Below, piece by piece: positions 61,607-64,000 of a stretch of DNA of 64,000 bases. The translations under genes and the position numbers were made by a program. The notes under the pieces were generated by a model that was not told the origin of the DNA, ran no database searches, and saw only the letters and a list, made by a program, of their open reading frames with translations. Each line of letters opens with the position of its first letter. Positions within the stretch are counted from its first letter, which is position 1. The stretch lies in the NCBI RefSeq assembly GCF_009914755.1, contig NC_060947.1; one strand, written 5' to 3'. This stretch comes from the human T2T-CHM13v2.0 reference genome, Homo sapiens.

Positions 61607-61880
61607 ATGAAATCTTTATTTAGATGATATGCGATGACATCATTTGGCTTTCATTTGGCAAGAAGGCATCAACAAAGCATCAATTCTGCCTTATTCCTCT
61701 GCTCTACTATTTGGGCTATTACAGTTAAAGTTGGTGCCAATGACATAATGACCACAAACCCACACAGGAGGGCTGACATAATATGGCCATACCTAGGTAT
61801 AAGATTATATAGATAATAAGTAGTGGAGTATAATTACATGGCATGCTTAAATTATTTATTCATAGATAACCATAGAAATA

Positions 61881-61916
61881 AACACACACACAAACACAAA
61901 CACACATACACACACA
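61881..61916. repeat. Imperfect (CA)n
   Basis: aacacacacacaaacacaaacacacatacacacaca. Confidence 0.85.
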
Positions 61917-62139
61917 ATCTTACAGCACATTTTGAGGCCCATGAGAATAAAATGTGAGAGTGTAATTTTATAAATCTGATATTATACAGTTGACAATTAT
62001 GCCTGTAAGACATAGTGTTATTAAATTTCATCCTTGCAGAATGTCATAGAATTTCAGGTCTGTGACACTTTAGGAAATCAGAGTGTTAGGGTAGAATTGC
62101 TTAACAAAATAACATTGTAAGCACTGTACGTTATTTGTT

Positions 62140-62365
62140 ATGTTCAAGCACTGTGATAATGGTCCATATTTTGGAGTGCTAGTCTTGGCCTCAGTCCCGA
62201 TTGTCACATTAAACAAATGAACTTCTGGAGCTTCAGTGTTTCTTTTCTGTGAAATAAGGACCTTAAACTCTTTTCTGCCATACTTGAGAGAGAATATAGA
62301 AGCCAGTTGAAACAGTAGATGTGAAACGGCTTTGCAAGTCATAAAGGACTGTGTACATGTGAGGC
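62140..62365 (+). mobile_element. MIR (MIRc/MIR3-like)
   Basis: GCTTCAGTGTTTCTTTTCTGTGAAATAAGG...ATGTGAAACGGCTTTGCAAG. Confidence 0.65.
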
Positions 62366-63059
62366 CTCATTATTTCTTTACCTTATTGATAAAATTTTTC
62401 TTGGAAATAGAAACAAGCAATGAAAAAAAAGGTTTCAATCTTGGTTTTGCCAGTTATCCAACATCTGAGATGATCAACAAGAGGACTGGAGTTTACTCAG
62501 TACTAATATTTAGCATCACCTTCTTCAAAGGGTAAGTAAACTTTACACTGGAATGAAGTTTATTTTGTTTCTATCCACTTGAGTTTGCTAAAATATACAT
62601 AGGAGAATTTGCCAAATGGCTACCTAGCCCTGAGGTTTTAAGTTTTGCTCTGAAAGGCTCTTATAACCATATTGACTTTGAAATAACAAATGAGAGAAGG
62701 TAACAAGGAAAAGGATAAATAATTCTCTAACCACCATCATCAACATTGCTTTATTAAAAACTTTTAATATCCCTATATTTGAGAGGTTTTGTGTGTTAGT
62801 GAATTCTGCTCAGTCCAAATGATTCGGGCTGGTATCCACATATATTAATTTTTCCCGGAAGCATTTCAGAAATTTAATGAAGCTGGCGGGTTGTGTCCCC
62901 TTCGTGATATTTCTTGAATATAATTCCATTTGCAAAAGTTAAAGGCAAGTTGAAAATTATCTTGGCACAATACAATGAATCAAAATATTTTTGTCTAAAT
63001 GCTAGTTTTTAACGTACCTAATAAAAATGGTTGTACTCCTACTCTTGTTTCCTAAAATA

Positions 63060-63420
63060 CTCCATACTCTCTGTGTCTCTTCCTAGAACTTCCACAAATT
63101 AATACATTGACTTGAATAGTTCCCTTCTTCACATTACCACCCCTCCAATCTTTATATAGCAAAATTATCCTTATTCTCTACATTAAGGTAGATAGATATA
63201 CCCTCTTTCAGTTAGCTTTCAACAGCACTTCTGATTTTACCCAATGAGTGGTTATGTATTCTTTCATGTGTTTCTTTCTATTCATATATTTCTTTATTTT
63301 TCTCCATCCATGGGTGAATGTAAAATACAAAGTATCATTCATCCTTGTATCCAGCATGTCTAGCACTGCATTCTGGTGTTTAGAAAGTATGCGATGTATA
63401 AGTAATTAAAATAAATGTAT
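63060..63420 (+). mobile_element. L2 3' fragment
   Basis: ATTCATCCTTGTATCCAGCATGTCTAGCAC...AATAAATG. Confidence 0.55.
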
Positions 63421-64000
63421 TATAATGTCTAGAGATGATCTTAAAACTATGGCTTGGAAAATAATTATGTATCCCCTGAAAAGCAAAAAGGAAATAAGAA
63501 AGGCCCATAATCTTAATCTCCCTTGGCCTTTACTAGCACTATAAAATATCTATTCTTGATCATTGTTTACATAGCCCCATTACAACTGAGACCATTGTCT
63601 ACCTTGGTTTATCTTAATTCAGAGCAAGACTATAAACTTTCCAAACATGTGAGAAAAAAATATGACAAGCCCAATCATAATGTAGCCTCTGGTAAGTAGC
63701 TTCGTGTCTGGAATCTAGTCCAGAAACTATTGCTTTTCTCCATGAACTTTATATGTTGGTGGATGATCCACATATTTGTAACTTTCACCGAAGCACAGAA
63801 AATTTGAGTTGAGAGTCGTGATGTTTAAAGAGTCTATCCCCTTCCCTTCTTATTTGTGTAAATTACGTTCCCATAGAAAATAATTTTCCGGATAACACAA
63901 TGTGAATTACAGTGGGATCTCTAATCACAGCCCCAATTTCCTGACTGAGTCCAGTGAGCTTTCTATTTTGCTGCAGATTTTCGATTCCCACAATATTTTC

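Overview
AT-rich primate (human-like) genomic DNA with no protein-coding gene, RNA gene or CpG island that I can support. The window is dominated by interspersed repeats. These include an ERV1-class internal segment, two near-full-length decayed L1s (old L1MA-type, 10.7-18.3 kb; L1PB1-type, 41.0-47.9 kb), a fragmented HAL1, three MaLR proviruses (THE1C-like x2, THE1D/MSTA-like x1), solo MaLR LTRs, about 11 Alu/FLAM copies, MER44B and MER58 DNA transposons, and many MIR/L2/L3 relics. The supplied ORFs I could assign are L1, MaLR or Alu remnants; the rest look like chance ORFs. I found no new coding system. The most unusual structures are: (1) a THE1 provirus inserted in reverse into the 5' LTR of another THE1 provirus, both 5-bp TSDs intact, giving a ~4.4-kb inverted-repeat complex; (2) two orphan LTR-element fragments that look copied from donors ~4.2-4.4 kb away; (3) a TTAA-bounded ~70-bp hairpin in unique DNA; (4) an Alu with an inverted target-site copy at its 5' junction; (5) a solitary L1 promoter with an intact YY1 site; (6) two candidate plus-strand exons. 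Subfamily names come from my recall of consensus sequences, not from a search, and boundaries of old repeats are approximate.
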